A stretch of 64,000 nucleotides of DNA. Origin: Candidatus Hermodarchaeota archaeon (GTDB lineage Archaea > Asgardarchaeota > Thorarchaeia > Thorarchaeales > Thorarchaeaceae). Shown here in pieces: positions 26,786-37,425 of this stretch. Location: positions 1 to 64,000 of the forward strand of contig JBHLLF010000016.1 in the NCBI GenBank assembly GCA_048885865.1. Reading direction: 5' to 3'. A model generated the notes under the pieces. It saw only the letters and a list, made by a program, of their open reading frames with translations. It searched no databases and was not told where the DNA came from. Every line of letters begins with the position of its first letter. The stretch's first letter is position 1. The position numbers and the translations under genes were made by a program.

Positions 26786-27553
26786 CTATAGGAGAACCAC
26801 TGCTAGAATCCCTGTGAGGAACACTCCATCCCAAGTCCCAGCTCCACCAATGGATGCAGCATCAGTCTTCAGTTGAGAAAGTTTCCCAAGATTCAGGAAG
26901 TCAGCACCAATTATAGTTCCCAAGGTTCCTGATATGTAGGCAATCGCATAGAGGTTGACGACCCCGGGGAAAATCAATCCGACGGCTAGTGTTGCCATGA
27001 CAGCAGCCAGCGGTGGCAGAAGCCCGGGCGTAACAATTCCCATGCTTGGCTCTATCCTAGCGATTCGATGAACCACAATTGTCACTGCAGTTGTAGCAAA
27101 TAGAATCGGGACTATCGATAGAAGATTCAGCAGGACAAGATATCCACTCACTATAACAGGTATCACAGCGCCGCCGAGGTTTATACTGATCCTGGTCTCT
27201 TGAGGCGTTTCAGGCTGAATTATCGGAAAACTGAATCCCCACTCAGAGAGATAGGGCGCTTCCACCACACCAGGAGACTCTGCCTTAATTGTATAGAGCG
27301 GGATATTCACTAGACTCCCTAGAAGTGAACCAGGCACTATCAAGATGGCAAGCCAAATTGGAATGCCAATCTGAATGAAGGCGACACCAGCAGCCTGGAT
27401 GAGGAATAGGCTCATCATCGCGAACATTAGGACGGCTAAGGGTGAGGTGGGTCGCTTGCCCAATTGCCTCCGCCTAGGGTTCGGTTCGTTATTCGGTTCC
27501 TCGTCAAAGATTATGGGGACATATTCATCGTCGCCCTCTGAAGCAAGGTGCAA
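26786..27553 (-). CDS. DUF1614 family membrane protein
   Basis: GSLVNIP, INLGGAVIP, GTLGTIIGAD and SIGGAGTWDGVF motifs. Confidence 0.88.
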   Translation of the reverse strand: MHLASEGDDEYVPIIFDEEPNNEPNPRRRQLGKRPTSPLAVLMFAMMSLFLIQAAGVAFIQIGIPIWLAILIVPGSLLGSLVNIPLYTIKAESPGVVEAPYLSEWGFSFPIIQPETPQETRISINLGGAVIPVIVSGYLVLLNLLSIVPILFATTAVTIVVHRIARIEPSMGIVTPGLLPPLAAVMATLAVGLIFPGVVNLYAIAYISGTLGTIIGADFLNLGKLSQLKTDAASIGGAGTWDGVFLTGILAVVLL

Positions 27554-27590
27554 TGACCACCCGAGGGTGCTTCTGATATTCTCTTCTCGA

Positions 27591-27773
27591 TCACTCAGCG
27601 GCAGATTCCGCCTCCCATTTGTTTACTGGATTCCCTGGATGGGCCATTTTGTGAACGAACAGATCACACCCACATGTCTTGCATGAGGCTTCTCTTTCTT
27701 CATGCTGAGACCTATCGTGTTCACACATGCATTGCTCTAAAGCTCTCAAATCTATCATTTCTTTACCTCTCAT
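27591..27773 (-). CDS. Small Cys/His metal-binding protein
   Basis: CMCEH...H......CKTCGC..F motif in 60 aa. Confidence 0.6.
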   Translation of the reverse strand: MRGKEMIDLRALEQCMCEHDRSQHEEREASCKTCGCDLFVHKMAHPGNPVNKWEAESAAE

Positions 27774-27838
27774 TTGGACATTAACGACTTCTCATTTGCA
27801 CTAATTAACATTGGTCAATAGGCAGGAAACAGCCCCCC

Positions 27839-28489
27839 TTGTGCTTAAATTCCGAATCCTATCAAAACCAGATTAGGTGTATCATCACGATAGACATCTT
27901 GAACATCATTGTCTTGTGTCTCATGATTGTCATTTCCAGCGTGTTTTACATATGGAGTGTCAGTCCAGCAGCCCTCGAACGACAGATAGGTGAGATTGCA
28001 TATGAGAAGAGTGCTAGGAACAGGAAGATAGCTACGGCTGCATACTATCTCATGTTTCTTAACTATGTCATCTATTACTTCTATCCTCTAGCCACTCCAT
28101 TGCCCGATTTCTTTCCTTGGGAGTATTGGATTACCGCAGTAATTGCTACTGCGATATTCATTCCAAGCATGTACTTCATGTACATTGGAGCTAGAGATGC
28201 TGGAGAAGAAACACTGATTCCAAAGAAAGAGCATACTCTTTACGGTGGAATATACGAGAAGATTCGACATCCTCAGGCCTTAGGGGAAGTCTGGTTGGGC
28301 ATGGTCATTGGATTGTATCTCAACTCACCCCTGCTAGTGGCTCTATCACTGGTTTTCTTTCCAACATTCTATTACTTCTGCATAGTTGAAGAGAGAGATC
28401 TTGTGATACGGTATGGACAGGACTACATTGACTACAGAAAGAGAACGGGCATGTTCTTTCCAAGGAGAGAGAAGAGCAGAGATAAGTAG
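27839..28489 (+). CDS. Isoprenylcysteine carboxyl methyltransferase (ICMT/PEMT) family membrane protein
   Basis: GIYEKIRHPQ and EERDL..RYGQDY..Y motifs. Confidence 0.88.
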   Translation: MCLNSESYQNQIRCIITIDILNIIVLCLMIVISSVFYIWSVSPAALERQIGEIAYEKSARNRKIATAAYYLMFLNYVIYYFYPLATPLPDFFPWEYWITAVIATAIFIPSMYFMYIGARDAGEETLIPKKEHTLYGGIYEKIRHPQALGEVWLGMVIGLYLNSPLLVALSLVFFPTFYYFCIVEERDLVIRYGQDYIDYRKRTGMFFPRREKSRDK

Positions 28490-28531
28490 TCAATATTGAG
28501 CAGCATGTGTGGATTTCATTGAGGGAGTTTT

Positions 28532-29113
28532 ATGCCAATTCTCAGTAAAAGGAAACCCGAGGCGGGACTACAAGTTTGGAGACTCAATCGAGTTCTAGCT
28601 ATTCTGCAGTCCAGGATAGAAGCCCTATCCAGCGAAGGGCTGCGAGAAACCCCAATCGTATGGGGAGCTGCGCATATGTATTCTACAACTCAATTAGCGA
28701 AAATAGTAGCTTTGCAGCGGCGACTCAATCCTGAGCTGGCAGGGTTGGTCTGTGCGTTCCATGATGTGCATACACTCCACACGAATGAGTATGAGGATCA
28801 TGGTCCTAAGGCCAGAGAATACATTCTGGAGATAGTAGAAGAATACAACAAAAGATGGGGAACTCAGCTGGGGGAAATTTCTGACGACGAGGTCAAGATT
28901 ATCTTTCAGGCAATCAGGGGACATAGCGACAAGAGTAGAGTCACAGAACTCCCATACGCAGAACTCCTGAAGGACGTTGATTGTCTGGATGCATTTCTTT
29001 ACGGATTTGAGCCTCGGGAAGGTTCGGCCCGAGAAGAACGCACAAGCAGTATGCTCAAAGATTTCAATATCGATGAGCAGCTCTCAGAATTGAAAGGCGA
29101 TCGTTCATCATGA
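28532..29113 (+). CDS. HD domain protein
   Basis: H...FHD...HG...GHS...KDVD motif pattern. Confidence 0.8.
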   Translation: MPILSKRKPEAGLQVWRLNRVLAILQSRIEALSSEGLRETPIVWGAAHMYSTTQLAKIVALQRRLNPELAGLVCAFHDVHTLHTNEYEDHGPKAREYILEIVEEYNKRWGTQLGEISDDEVKIIFQAIRGHSDKSRVTELPYAELLKDVDCLDAFLYGFEPREGSAREERTSSMLKDFNIDEQLSELKGDRSS

Positions 29114-29175
29114 AACTATGCGAGCTTTGTTTTAATTACAGATTTGATTCAATGCTCCAGGAGGCGTTCTAAGAG

Positions 29176-30102
29176 ATGAGTGAAGCGAATGACCTACTCC
29201 TCAAAGCCGCTGAATCAGGAAACCTTGAAGGAGTGAAGGCTGCTCTTGAGCAAGGTGCAGACATCAGTGCAACTGACGAATGGATGAAGCAGACTGCTTT
29301 GCACAAAGCAGCGAGCCAAGGCCATGTAGAGATTGTCGAATATCTCATCGAGAAGGGAGCAGATGTGTTGCTGTTGGATGGGGTTGACATGTCGCCACTT
29401 CACTTGGCGGCGCGAGATGGCAGAATTCGTGTTGCGAGATTCTTGCTTGAGCAACCAGTTAGGATTCCAGAGAGAATCCTCAATGACGCAATGCATGTAG
29501 GAAATATGTCAGTAACCGGGAATCCAGATATTGTGAAGATGATTGAGGATTATAGAGTAAGAATGGCCAAACCCAGTACTAATGGACGTGATGACCCAGA
29601 CAGTCAGCTGCAGGAAGCTGCCCACGATGGTGATGTTGAGGGGGCAAGGTCAGCTATCAAAAATGGAGCTGATGTTGAAGCAGTCGATGGAAGGGGGATG
29701 AAGCCTATTCATTGGGCTGCCTTGAGGGGGCATGCAGAGATTATCGCAGTGCTCATAGAGAATGGTGCTGATGTCAATGGGAAGAATAGCGCAGATTGGA
29801 CTCCAATTATGCATTCCAGCATGGAGGGCCACATCGAGATAGTCAAATTGCTGCTGGAAAAGGGTGCTGAGGTCAACGCCAAGACCTTTGTGGCTGGCAC
29901 TGCTTTGATGTTCGCCTCAGGTAATGGACATGAGGAGGTCGTAAAGGTCCTTCTCTCAGCTGGTGCTGACCCGAGAATGGAGATTAGCGGATCAGACAGT
30001 GAAGACGGTACTACGGCTATCGACTATGCATGGCGCGCTGGACATATGACCATCGCCAATCTACTTCTAGATGCTCGCGACGCCTTGGATAATGTGGAAT
30101 GA
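29176..30102 (+). CDS. Ankyrin repeat protein
   Basis: Repeated TALHKAA/SPLHLAA/PIHWAA..GH.EIV..LL..GADVN units. Confidence 0.95.
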   Translation: MSEANDLLLKAAESGNLEGVKAALEQGADISATDEWMKQTALHKAASQGHVEIVEYLIEKGADVLLLDGVDMSPLHLAARDGRIRVARFLLEQPVRIPERILNDAMHVGNMSVTGNPDIVKMIEDYRVRMAKPSTNGRDDPDSQLQEAAHDGDVEGARSAIKNGADVEAVDGRGMKPIHWAALRGHAEIIAVLIENGADVNGKNSADWTPIMHSSMEGHIEIVKLLLEKGAEVNAKTFVAGTALMFASGNGHEEVVKVLLSAGADPRMEISGSDSEDGTTAIDYAWRAGHMTIANLLLDARDALDNVE

Positions 30103-30103
30103 G

Positions 30104-30697
30104 TCAGGTTTCCAGAGGTCGATAGGGTTCCTCCTTCACAGCATGACCAACAATGAGTTTGAGGAACAGAAGAGGGACAAACCATTCGAACCCAGCAGCA
30201 GGAATTAGAATGTAGATGTTTGCGACCAGAGCTCCAACAAACATCACAATTGACACCGGGCGTCTGAGATATAGCGGTGAGAGAAGGACAAACACAGCTG
30301 AAACCATGAGATATCCATAGACAAGTGAGAAGTACATCCAATCGAAAGACATGAAGAATATGACAATCAACAATGGATGGATGAAATGGAAAGCTATGAA
30401 CCCTATGTGTTCTTTGAATCCCTGTCCCGCTCTATGATACCAGCGTTTGGTAGCAGATGTGGAGTTCGAAACCACTCCTCCAACTAGATCGAAGGTCAAC
30501 ACTGCAGCTACGATTTGCTGCAGAACGTACCAACCTAGACCAGCAATGTTTTGATAGACAAGCAACAGGATTCCGGCAGCCAGACCAATACCCAACATCA
30601 GTGCACTCTCGGCCCGTGTCGCACCAGGTCCGATGAATGTGTCCCACTGCCCGGCGAGGCCCTCTCTCGGCTCAGGATAGTCCCATTCCACAGACAT
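30104..30697 (-). CDS. Conserved hypothetical membrane protein
   Basis: Multi-TM ORF (FIGPGAT, DLVGGVVSN..TKRWYH). Confidence 0.75.
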   Translation of the reverse strand: MSVEWDYPEPREGLAGQWDTFIGPGATRAESALMLGIGLAAGILLLVYQNIAGLGWYVLQQIVAAVLTFDLVGGVVSNSTSATKRWYHRAGQGFKEHIGFIAFHFIHPLLIVIFFMSFDWMYFSLVYGYLMVSAVFVLLSPLYLRRPVSIVMFVGALVANIYILIPAAGFEWFVPLLFLKLIVGHAVKEEPYRPLET

Positions 30698-30807
30698 ACT
30701 GTGAACACCAGCAAAATCTGATGACAATCTGATGGATAAAGAACTCGGTGGCTTTGAGCGATTGTCTTTAATCCAAAAGCCCATTCCAAGGAAAAGGAGG
30801 CGATCAA

Positions 30808-31308
30808 ATGCCAAACATATCTGACAGTATGTTGAAGATGTTTATTCACGAAAGCAAACAAGCACGGGTTGTTCTCAAATGTGCAGAAGGGATTGATCTT
30901 GGTTTCAAGCCCAGAGAAGGAATGAGGAACCTGAAGGAACTCGCAAACCATCTAGCCCAGACACCTTTGATGGACCCATCTGTGTACAGAGGCGAAATTG
31001 AGAATATGGAGCAGATTCAAGCAAGGGAGAAGGAGCTATTGCGTGATGACATTGACGGGATGATTTCCGTCTTTGATGAGGGAGTGGAATCAGTCAAGAA
31101 GCAGTTCACAGGTATGTCTGATGACGAATTCTTGGCAGCAACCATGCAGCCATTCTATGAGCAGACGGAGAAGAAGAGCTGGGAGTATTATTTCGCAGAG
31201 TTCACCACCCATATCTCGATGCATAAGATGCAGCTATGGATGTACTTGAAGCTCGCAGGTGCAGATGTCAACATGATGACATATTATGGCGTTCCAGGAG
31301 AGGCGTAG
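30808..31308 (+). CDS. DinB family protein
   Basis: ELANHL and THISMHKMQLWMYLK motifs. Confidence 0.85.
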   Translation: MPNISDSMLKMFIHESKQARVVLKCAEGIDLGFKPREGMRNLKELANHLAQTPLMDPSVYRGEIENMEQIQAREKELLRDDIDGMISVFDEGVESVKKQFTGMSDDEFLAATMQPFYEQTEKKSWEYYFAEFTTHISMHKMQLWMYLKLAGADVNMMTYYGVPGEA

Positions 31309-31319
31309 AGTTGCGAATT

Positions 31320-31826
31320 CTAGTCTTTACCTGTTAGTTTGCGCAGCTCCTGAGTTTCAAGGAAGTTTTCCATGACGAACATTGTTAAGGTCCTCTCCAC
31401 TGCAGGCAATTCTCGAAGAAAATCTACAATGAAACTGTTCATCTCTTCGACATCTCTGGTACGAACTTTTAGAAAGACATCAAATTGACCGCTCAAGACA
31501 AATACCTCTTGAACATAGGGGTGTTTTGATATCTCTTCACAGAATTCCCTTTGAGAGAGAAGATCGGGTTGATTTGGTACTCGGTATCTTATTGTGACAA
31601 AAATCAGTGCGAGAGTTGAGCGATCAAGTAATAATGGGTCAAGGATTGCACTGTACTGTTTGATGATGGACCTCTGTTCCAATGCCTTGATTCTAGCATG
31701 AACTGTTGAGATACCTTTGCCCACCGTTTGGGATATCTTCTGTACTCCGAGCTTACAGTCTTCCTGCAACATCTCAAGTATCTTGAGATCCGTTTCATCA
31801 ATGGGCGATTGACGCTGTCTAGACAT
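31320..31826 (-). CDS. Lrp/AsnC family regulator (paralog 1)
   Basis: IDETDLKIL..LQ, STVHARI, VLSGQFDVFLKV. Confidence 0.95.
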   Translation of the reverse strand: MSRQRQSPIDETDLKILEMLQEDCKLGVQKISQTVGKGISTVHARIKALEQRSIIKQYSAILDPLLLDRSTLALIFVTIRYRVPNQPDLLSQREFCEEISKHPYVQEVFVLSGQFDVFLKVRTRDVEEMNSFIVDFLRELPAVERTLTMFVMENFLETQELRKLTGKD

Positions 31827-31837
31827 AGTATCAAGCT

Positions 31838-31894
31838 CCGAAAAGTATTCGGTGCAATGATTGGTTCACCGAAATTATTGATAAGTATTTTCGG
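31838..31894. promoter_or_regulatory. Candidate Lrp operator CCG-N9-CGG
   Basis: CCGAAAAGTATTCGG at 31838-31852, with half-sites at 31869 and 31892; same consensus near the second Lrp gene. Confidence 0.5.
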
Positions 31895-32077
31895 ATAGCA
31901 AGATAGACATACAAATGGTTCCTCATCTGATAGCGATTTCATTTCAGAAACCATAGTATGCTACGAAAATTACACTGGATGTTAGGAAGTAACATGCCTA
32001 AAACAGTGAATGGCCGAAAAGATTTCAAGCCGAATCCGACAAGAGTTAATACTCTCATGCATTAGTCTAACTTTTCT

Positions 32078-34447
32078 GTGGTTGATTTGGAGTATGGACA
32101 CTTCTCAGAAGACAACAGGGAGTATATCATAACTAGACCGGATACTCCAACACCCTGGATCAACTACCTCGGCAATAGCGAATACTGCGCGATGATCTCG
32201 AACACAGCTGGAGGCTATAGCTTCCATATAGATCCAAGAACTAGACGAATCACACGCTACAGATATAACAACCTGCCAACTGACCGACCAGGGAGATATA
32301 TCTACATAAGGGATAGCAAAACGGGAGAATACTGGTCTCCAACTTGGCAGCCAACTCTATCTAAACTTGACAGGTATGAGTGCAGACACGGTCTCGGATA
32401 CACTATACTCTCTTCCTCCTTCTCAGGCATTGAAGCTGAAGTAACCTATTTCGTGCCACCTGATAACAACCTTGAGATCTGGGTACTCACGCTCAAAAAC
32501 ACATCGTTGTCCCAAGATAGGTGGCTCAACGTATTCTCGTATTGTGAGTTCTGTCTATGGGAAGCTTACCGGGATCAGAATGATTTGCAGTCAATCCAGT
32601 TTCTCGGGATCTCGCGCTTCAACAACAATGCAATCCTGTATCATTTCTTTGATGAGAGTACAGGCTACGCATTCTTCGCTTCGAATGAGAAGATTGAGAG
32701 CTATGACTGTCAGAGAGAGTCCTTCATTGGGAGATATCGCGATGAGGCGAATCCTGAGGCGGTGGAAATCGGGGAGTGCTTCAGGTCGGAAGCAGTCGGT
32801 GGAAACCCCATCGCAGCCACATGTAGTTCTCTTAACCTGAAGTCCATGGAGTCAAAGACCATCATCTATGTACTTGGAGTGACTCCAGAAAAGTCAGACA
32901 TTAAGGGACTGATTCAAGAGTTCACCGACAAGAAAAATGTGGACAGAGAGTTCCAGAAACTGAAAAGGCACTGGGAATCGCATCTCAGCAAGGTGAATGT
33001 GAAGACGGAAGACCCCGACTTTGACGCCATGGTGAATGTCTGGAACCAGTATCAATGTCGAATCACCTTCGATTGGTCAAGATATGTTTCATTCTATGAA
33101 ACTGGAATTGGGAGGGGAATGGGCTTCAGAGACTGTTGCCAAGACATCATTGGTGTGGTCCAATCACTTCCTTCCAGAGTCAGACAACGGATTATTGACC
33201 TTGCCAAGAACCAATTCACGAATGGGAATGTCTATCATATCTATTTCCCACTCACAGGAGAGGGAGGATTTCCATACTATGTGAAAGAGGACATGCAGTT
33301 CTTCAGTGATGACCATCTATGGTTAATACCAGCTGTTTCGGAATATGTCAAAGAAACTGGGGACACTAGCATTCTTGAAGAAAAGGTTGAGTTTGTTGAT
33401 GGCCCACGTTCGACTATCTACAACCACATGCAGAAATCAATTGATTTTGTCACGAATATGATGGGGAATCATGATCTTCCTCTTCTTGGTACAGCTGACT
33501 GGAATGATCCCTTGAGTATTCCAGGTCCAAACAATGCAGCTGAGAGTGTCTTCGCGGCGATGCTTCTTCATAAGTCACTCGATGAATTGTCAGAATTGAG
33601 TAGTCTGTCAGGAAGAGATGGTGAAGCCTCAAATTATGGTGACTTGGCAAGCAAAACCAATTCGCACCTAAACAGAGTGGCATGGGACGGCGACTGGTTC
33701 ATCCGTGCATTCGATGACTCGGGCAATCCGCTTGGGAGTAATAAGTGCAAGGAGGGGAAAATCTACCTAAACACGCAGTCATGGTCAATTCTCAGTGGCG
33801 TGGCCTCAACTGAGAGGGGGATCAAGTCGATGGATGCTGTCAAGAAACATCTTAACACAAAATATGGATTGATCCTTTTGAGTCCCGCATACTCCAAACA
33901 CTATCAGGAGATCGGGGATCTATCAAAATATGCCCCAGGTCTAAAAGAGAACGCCTCAATTTGGAGTCATGCAAATGCATGGGCAATCATTGCGGAGTGT
34001 ATGTTAGGGAGAGGCGACCAGGCGTACGAGTATTACAAGAAATTGGCACCACCGACAAAGAATAGTATGGCTTCTATCCACCAGGCTGAACCGTATGTCT
34101 ATGCTCAGACCATTGCAGGTATTGATCACCATGCCTTTGGAATGGCAAGGCAATCGTGGCTCACTGGCACAGCCGCATGGATGATGAATGCAGCCACCAA
34201 TTGGATTATGGGAGTAAGGCCTCAGCACCAGGGATTGCTTATCGACCCATGTGTTCCACCATCTTGGAAGAAATTCAGAATGACTCGTCAGTTTAGGAAC
34301 GCTGTCTATGATATCTCGTTCTCAAATCCCAAGGGGGTTTCGAAGGGTATCAAAAGTATTCGCGTGGATGACAAATCGTTTGAATCCAATCTACTCCCGA
34401 TTTTCTCTGATGGAAAGACACACAAGATATCAATCACAATGGGATAG
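32078..34447 (+). CDS. GH94 glycoside phosphorylase (cellobiose/chitobiose phosphorylase-like)
   Basis: TPTPWINY, GMGFRD, SDDHLW, DWND, KENAS and SWLTGTA motifs. Confidence 0.95.
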   Translation: MVDLEYGHFSEDNREYIITRPDTPTPWINYLGNSEYCAMISNTAGGYSFHIDPRTRRITRYRYNNLPTDRPGRYIYIRDSKTGEYWSPTWQPTLSKLDRYECRHGLGYTILSSSFSGIEAEVTYFVPPDNNLEIWVLTLKNTSLSQDRWLNVFSYCEFCLWEAYRDQNDLQSIQFLGISRFNNNAILYHFFDESTGYAFFASNEKIESYDCQRESFIGRYRDEANPEAVEIGECFRSEAVGGNPIAATCSSLNLKSMESKTIIYVLGVTPEKSDIKGLIQEFTDKKNVDREFQKLKRHWESHLSKVNVKTEDPDFDAMVNVWNQYQCRITFDWSRYVSFYETGIGRGMGFRDCCQDIIGVVQSLPSRVRQRIIDLAKNQFTNGNVYHIYFPLTGEGGFPYYVKEDMQFFSDDHLWLIPAVSEYVKETGDTSILEEKVEFVDGPRSTIYNHMQKSIDFVTNMMGNHDLPLLGTADWNDPLSIPGPNNAAESVFAAMLLHKSLDELSELSSLSGRDGEASNYGDLASKTNSHLNRVAWDGDWFIRAFDDSGNPLGSNKCKEGKIYLNTQSWSILSGVASTERGIKSMDAVKKHLNTKYGLILLSPAYSKHYQEIGDLSKYAPGLKENASIWSHANAWAIIAECMLGRGDQAYEYYKKLAPPTKNSMASIHQAEPYVYAQTIAGIDHHAFGMARQSWLTGTAAWMMNAATNWIMGVRPQHQGLLIDPCVPPSWKKFRMTRQFRNAVYDISFSNPKGVSKGIKSIRVDDKSFESNLLPIFSDGKTHKISITMG

Positions 34448-34470
34448 TGACATAACGGGGACGTCAGAAG

Positions 34471-35565
34471 ATGGAACAAGACACGGACACCCAGGTGGAT
34501 GAGGATAGTACGATTGCTGAAACAGAGCCTACATCCAGTGACATGCTAGTTAAGCTGAAAGGATTGCTCCTCAGCTCGTACACAAAATTCGTGGCTGGGA
34601 AAGCTGTCTTCTACTTGGTTGTTGTGTTCTTTTCAGTTTCACTGGTGTTTATCATCATTGAAGCGATGCCGGGCGATCCCGTGGAGGTAATGCTATCCAG
34701 CGGAAACCCCCCACCAGGAGCAGATCTCGATGTTTTGGCAGATATCATGAGGGAGTACTTCGGTTTGGATAGACCAATCGAAGAACGGTATTTCGTCTAC
34801 CTTTGGAATATTTTCAGTGGTAATTTGGGGCAGTCATACCATTTTTATCCGGTACTCGCTACAAATATCATCCAATACTATCTGCCCTATACACTATCCT
34901 TGGCAATTCCTGTGCTATTTGTCAGTTTCTTCCTGGGAAACTGGATTGGTGCTAGAGCCGCCTACTTGAAAGGTAAGCTAAATGAAACGAGTTATTTCTC
35001 CTTGGTGTTTGCAAACCAGTTGCCACCATTCTGGTTCGGATTGGTTGTCATATTCCTTTATGTATTGATATTTCAGAGGATTCCACCAATCGGAGCCGGA
35101 AGCCAGGGAGTGATACCATCCTTAAGCATGGCCTACTTCTTGGACCTTCTAGCACACTGGATTCTGCCTTTCTTGACTCTATTAGTAGTGTATGTAGGCG
35201 CATGGGCCACAGGGATGAGGTCAATGGTGACGCATGAAATGGACGCTGGATACGTGCGTTACGGTGAGCAATTGGGTTTCAAGAAAAGTAAACTGATGTC
35301 TTATACCCAAAGAAACGCAATCCTGCCACAATTGACTGGTCTGAATATGGTGTTCAATGGCATCATTGGGCAGACATTGATAATCGAAATCGTATTTGGG
35401 TGGCCTGGTATCGGTTTGTTGCTCTATAATGCAGTCTTCAATTATGATTATCCACTGATTTTTGGCTGTTTTATAGTTATAATCATCGTCGTTGTTGTAG
35501 GCAACTTTCTGATAGACAGTCTCTATGGGTTCATTGATCCACGAATCAGAACAGGGCATGGGTGA
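34471..35565 (+). CDS. ABC permease (OppB-like, oligosaccharide type)
   Basis: MPGDP, NAILPQ, DYPLI and IDPRIR motifs. Confidence 0.92.
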   Translation: MEQDTDTQVDEDSTIAETEPTSSDMLVKLKGLLLSSYTKFVAGKAVFYLVVVFFSVSLVFIIIEAMPGDPVEVMLSSGNPPPGADLDVLADIMREYFGLDRPIEERYFVYLWNIFSGNLGQSYHFYPVLATNIIQYYLPYTLSLAIPVLFVSFFLGNWIGARAAYLKGKLNETSYFSLVFANQLPPFWFGLVVIFLYVLIFQRIPPIGAGSQGVIPSLSMAYFLDLLAHWILPFLTLLVVYVGAWATGMRSMVTHEMDAGYVRYGEQLGFKKSKLMSYTQRNAILPQLTGLNMVFNGIIGQTLIIEIVFGWPGIGLLLYNAVFNYDYPLIFGCFIVIIIVVVVGNFLIDSLYGFIDPRIRTGHG

Positions 35566-36407
35566 TAGAAATGTGGGAACTATTGTTGAAAAGTCGCAAA
35601 GCCATGTTCGGTTTAGCTGTCTTGATTCTATTCATACTGCTTGGCACAGTGGTCCCACTCTTCCTTGGAGACCCGTATGACATGAACCTGAGTTTGATGG
35701 GTCAACCCCCTAGCTTCGAACACATTCTGGGTACAACAAGTTTCGGACAGGATGTCTTTACCCAGTTGTGTAATGCCATTGGTAACTCATTCTTAGTCGG
35801 ATTAGTGGCTGGTAGTCTGGGCACCCTAATAGCAGTCTTTGTTGGAGCTGTGGGTCCATATAGAGGCGGGGTGGCAGACCAGAGTTCCAATCTAGTTACC
35901 AACCTTGCCTTGGTACTCCCTTTGATACCGCTCTTCATAATCATCGCGTCGGTAGTACGTGGGTTGAATTTGATTCTGATAGGTGTGATACTAGCTGTGA
36001 CGTCTTGGCCTTGGGCGGCAAGGAGCATAAGGTCACAAATGCTGACCCTTAAAGAAAGAGAATTTGTTAATCTAGCTCGGATGTCTGGAGATGGGAGCGT
36101 CCGCATTGTCATAGCAGAAATCTTACCAAATATGATGGCCTATATCATGATGGTTTTCGTAATATTGACTGGCACATCTATACTTGCTGAGTCAGCACTC
36201 AGCATGATCGGTGTTTCAACGACTCCCACAATTACCTTGGGCTATATGCTATACTGGGCCCAACATCAAACGATTGTACCGTTCTGGTGGGATATCTGGT
36301 GGTGGTTTATCCCTCCTGGTCTTGTCTTGACTATAATTCTGACTGCGATATTCGTCGTCCACGCAGGCCTAGACGAGGTGTTCAATCCAAAATTGAGGAG
36401 GATCTGA
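35562..36407 (+). CDS. ABC permease (OppC-like)
   Basis: HILGTTSFGQD, EFVNLARMSG and NPKLR motifs. Confidence 0.92.
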   Translation: MIEMWELLLKSRKAMFGLAVLILFILLGTVVPLFLGDPYDMNLSLMGQPPSFEHILGTTSFGQDVFTQLCNAIGNSFLVGLVAGSLGTLIAVFVGAVGPYRGGVADQSSNLVTNLALVLPLIPLFIIIASVVRGLNLILIGVILAVTSWPWAARSIRSQMLTLKEREFVNLARMSGDGSVRIVIAEILPNMMAYIMMVFVILTGTSILAESALSMIGVSTTPTITLGYMLYWAQHQTIVPFWWDIWWWFIPPGLVLTIILTAIFVVHAGLDEVFNPKLRRI

Positions 36408-36413
36408 TATCTC

Positions 36414-37421
36414 TTGACGGACCACATCCTCGAAGTCGAAGATCTCAAGGGTTACTACAGAGGTCTATTTGGTGTCGTTCATGCGATAGACGGTGTTTCG
36501 TTTAGTTTAGACCGCGGTGTGATAATGGGTATTGCAGGTGAATCTGGTGGCGGTAAATCCACACTTGCCCAGCTAGTATCTGGGTCACCGCCTCCACTGC
36601 TATACCATGAAGGTGGGAGAATCATAGTTGACGGGATTGACATTTACAACATCGACCCCGAAGAACTTAGAACTGAAGTCAAATGCAAGCGCATGTCATA
36701 TGTACCTCAAGCCTCAATGGAGTCTCTGAATCCAGTTAAGAGGATACGGGATTTCGTCTTCGATGTAGTTGAACAGCGCACTGGTAAACGAATTCGTAAT
36801 AGAGAAAGAAAAGAAGAAGTTCTTGAAATGGCTGCGAGCCACATGAAGACGCTCGGATTGGAACCAACGGTCCTAGATCGCTATCCTCACGAACTCAGCG
36901 GAGGTATGAGACAAAGGGTTGTGATTGCGATTTCAACCCTATGGAACCCTAAGCTCCTGGTGATAGATGAACCGACCTCTGCCCTTGACGTGACTTCACA
37001 AAAACGTATGATAAAGGCTCTTCTGAATTTGAAACAGATTGGTACTATTGAAAGCATGCTATACATATCTCATGATTTGACAAGTCTGAAACAGCTATGC
37101 GATAAGTGCATGGTCATGTATGGAGGGAGAATTGCAGAGATAGGCGATATGGATGAGATAATTGATGATCCACTTCATCCCTATTCCCGTCTGCTTACAG
37201 CTGCAATCGCATCTTACGATTCGAAAGGAAAATGCGCACATGAATTGAAAACCATCCCAGGAAGTCCCCCAGATCTAAGGGACCCTCCGACCGGGTGTAG
37301 ATTCCACCCCCGATGTCCGGATGCTATGGATATCTGTAGGACTACAGAACCAGAGATGGTCACGGTTAAAGATGGAAAGAGAGGAGTAGCTTGCTGGTTA
37401 TTGAACTCAAAATCGGGGTAG
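36414..37421 (+). CDS. ABC ATPase (OppD-like)
   Basis: GESGGGKST, LSGGMRQR and DEPT motifs. Confidence 0.93.
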   Translation: MTDHILEVEDLKGYYRGLFGVVHAIDGVSFSLDRGVIMGIAGESGGGKSTLAQLVSGSPPPLLYHEGGRIIVDGIDIYNIDPEELRTEVKCKRMSYVPQASMESLNPVKRIRDFVFDVVEQRTGKRIRNRERKEEVLEMAASHMKTLGLEPTVLDRYPHELSGGMRQRVVIAISTLWNPKLLVIDEPTSALDVTSQKRMIKALLNLKQIGTIESMLYISHDLTSLKQLCDKCMVMYGGRIAEIGDMDEIIDDPLHPYSRLLTAAIASYDSKGKCAHELKTIPGSPPDLRDPPTGCRFHPRCPDAMDICRTTEPEMVTVKDGKRGVACWLLNSKSG

Positions 37422-37425
37422 CAAA

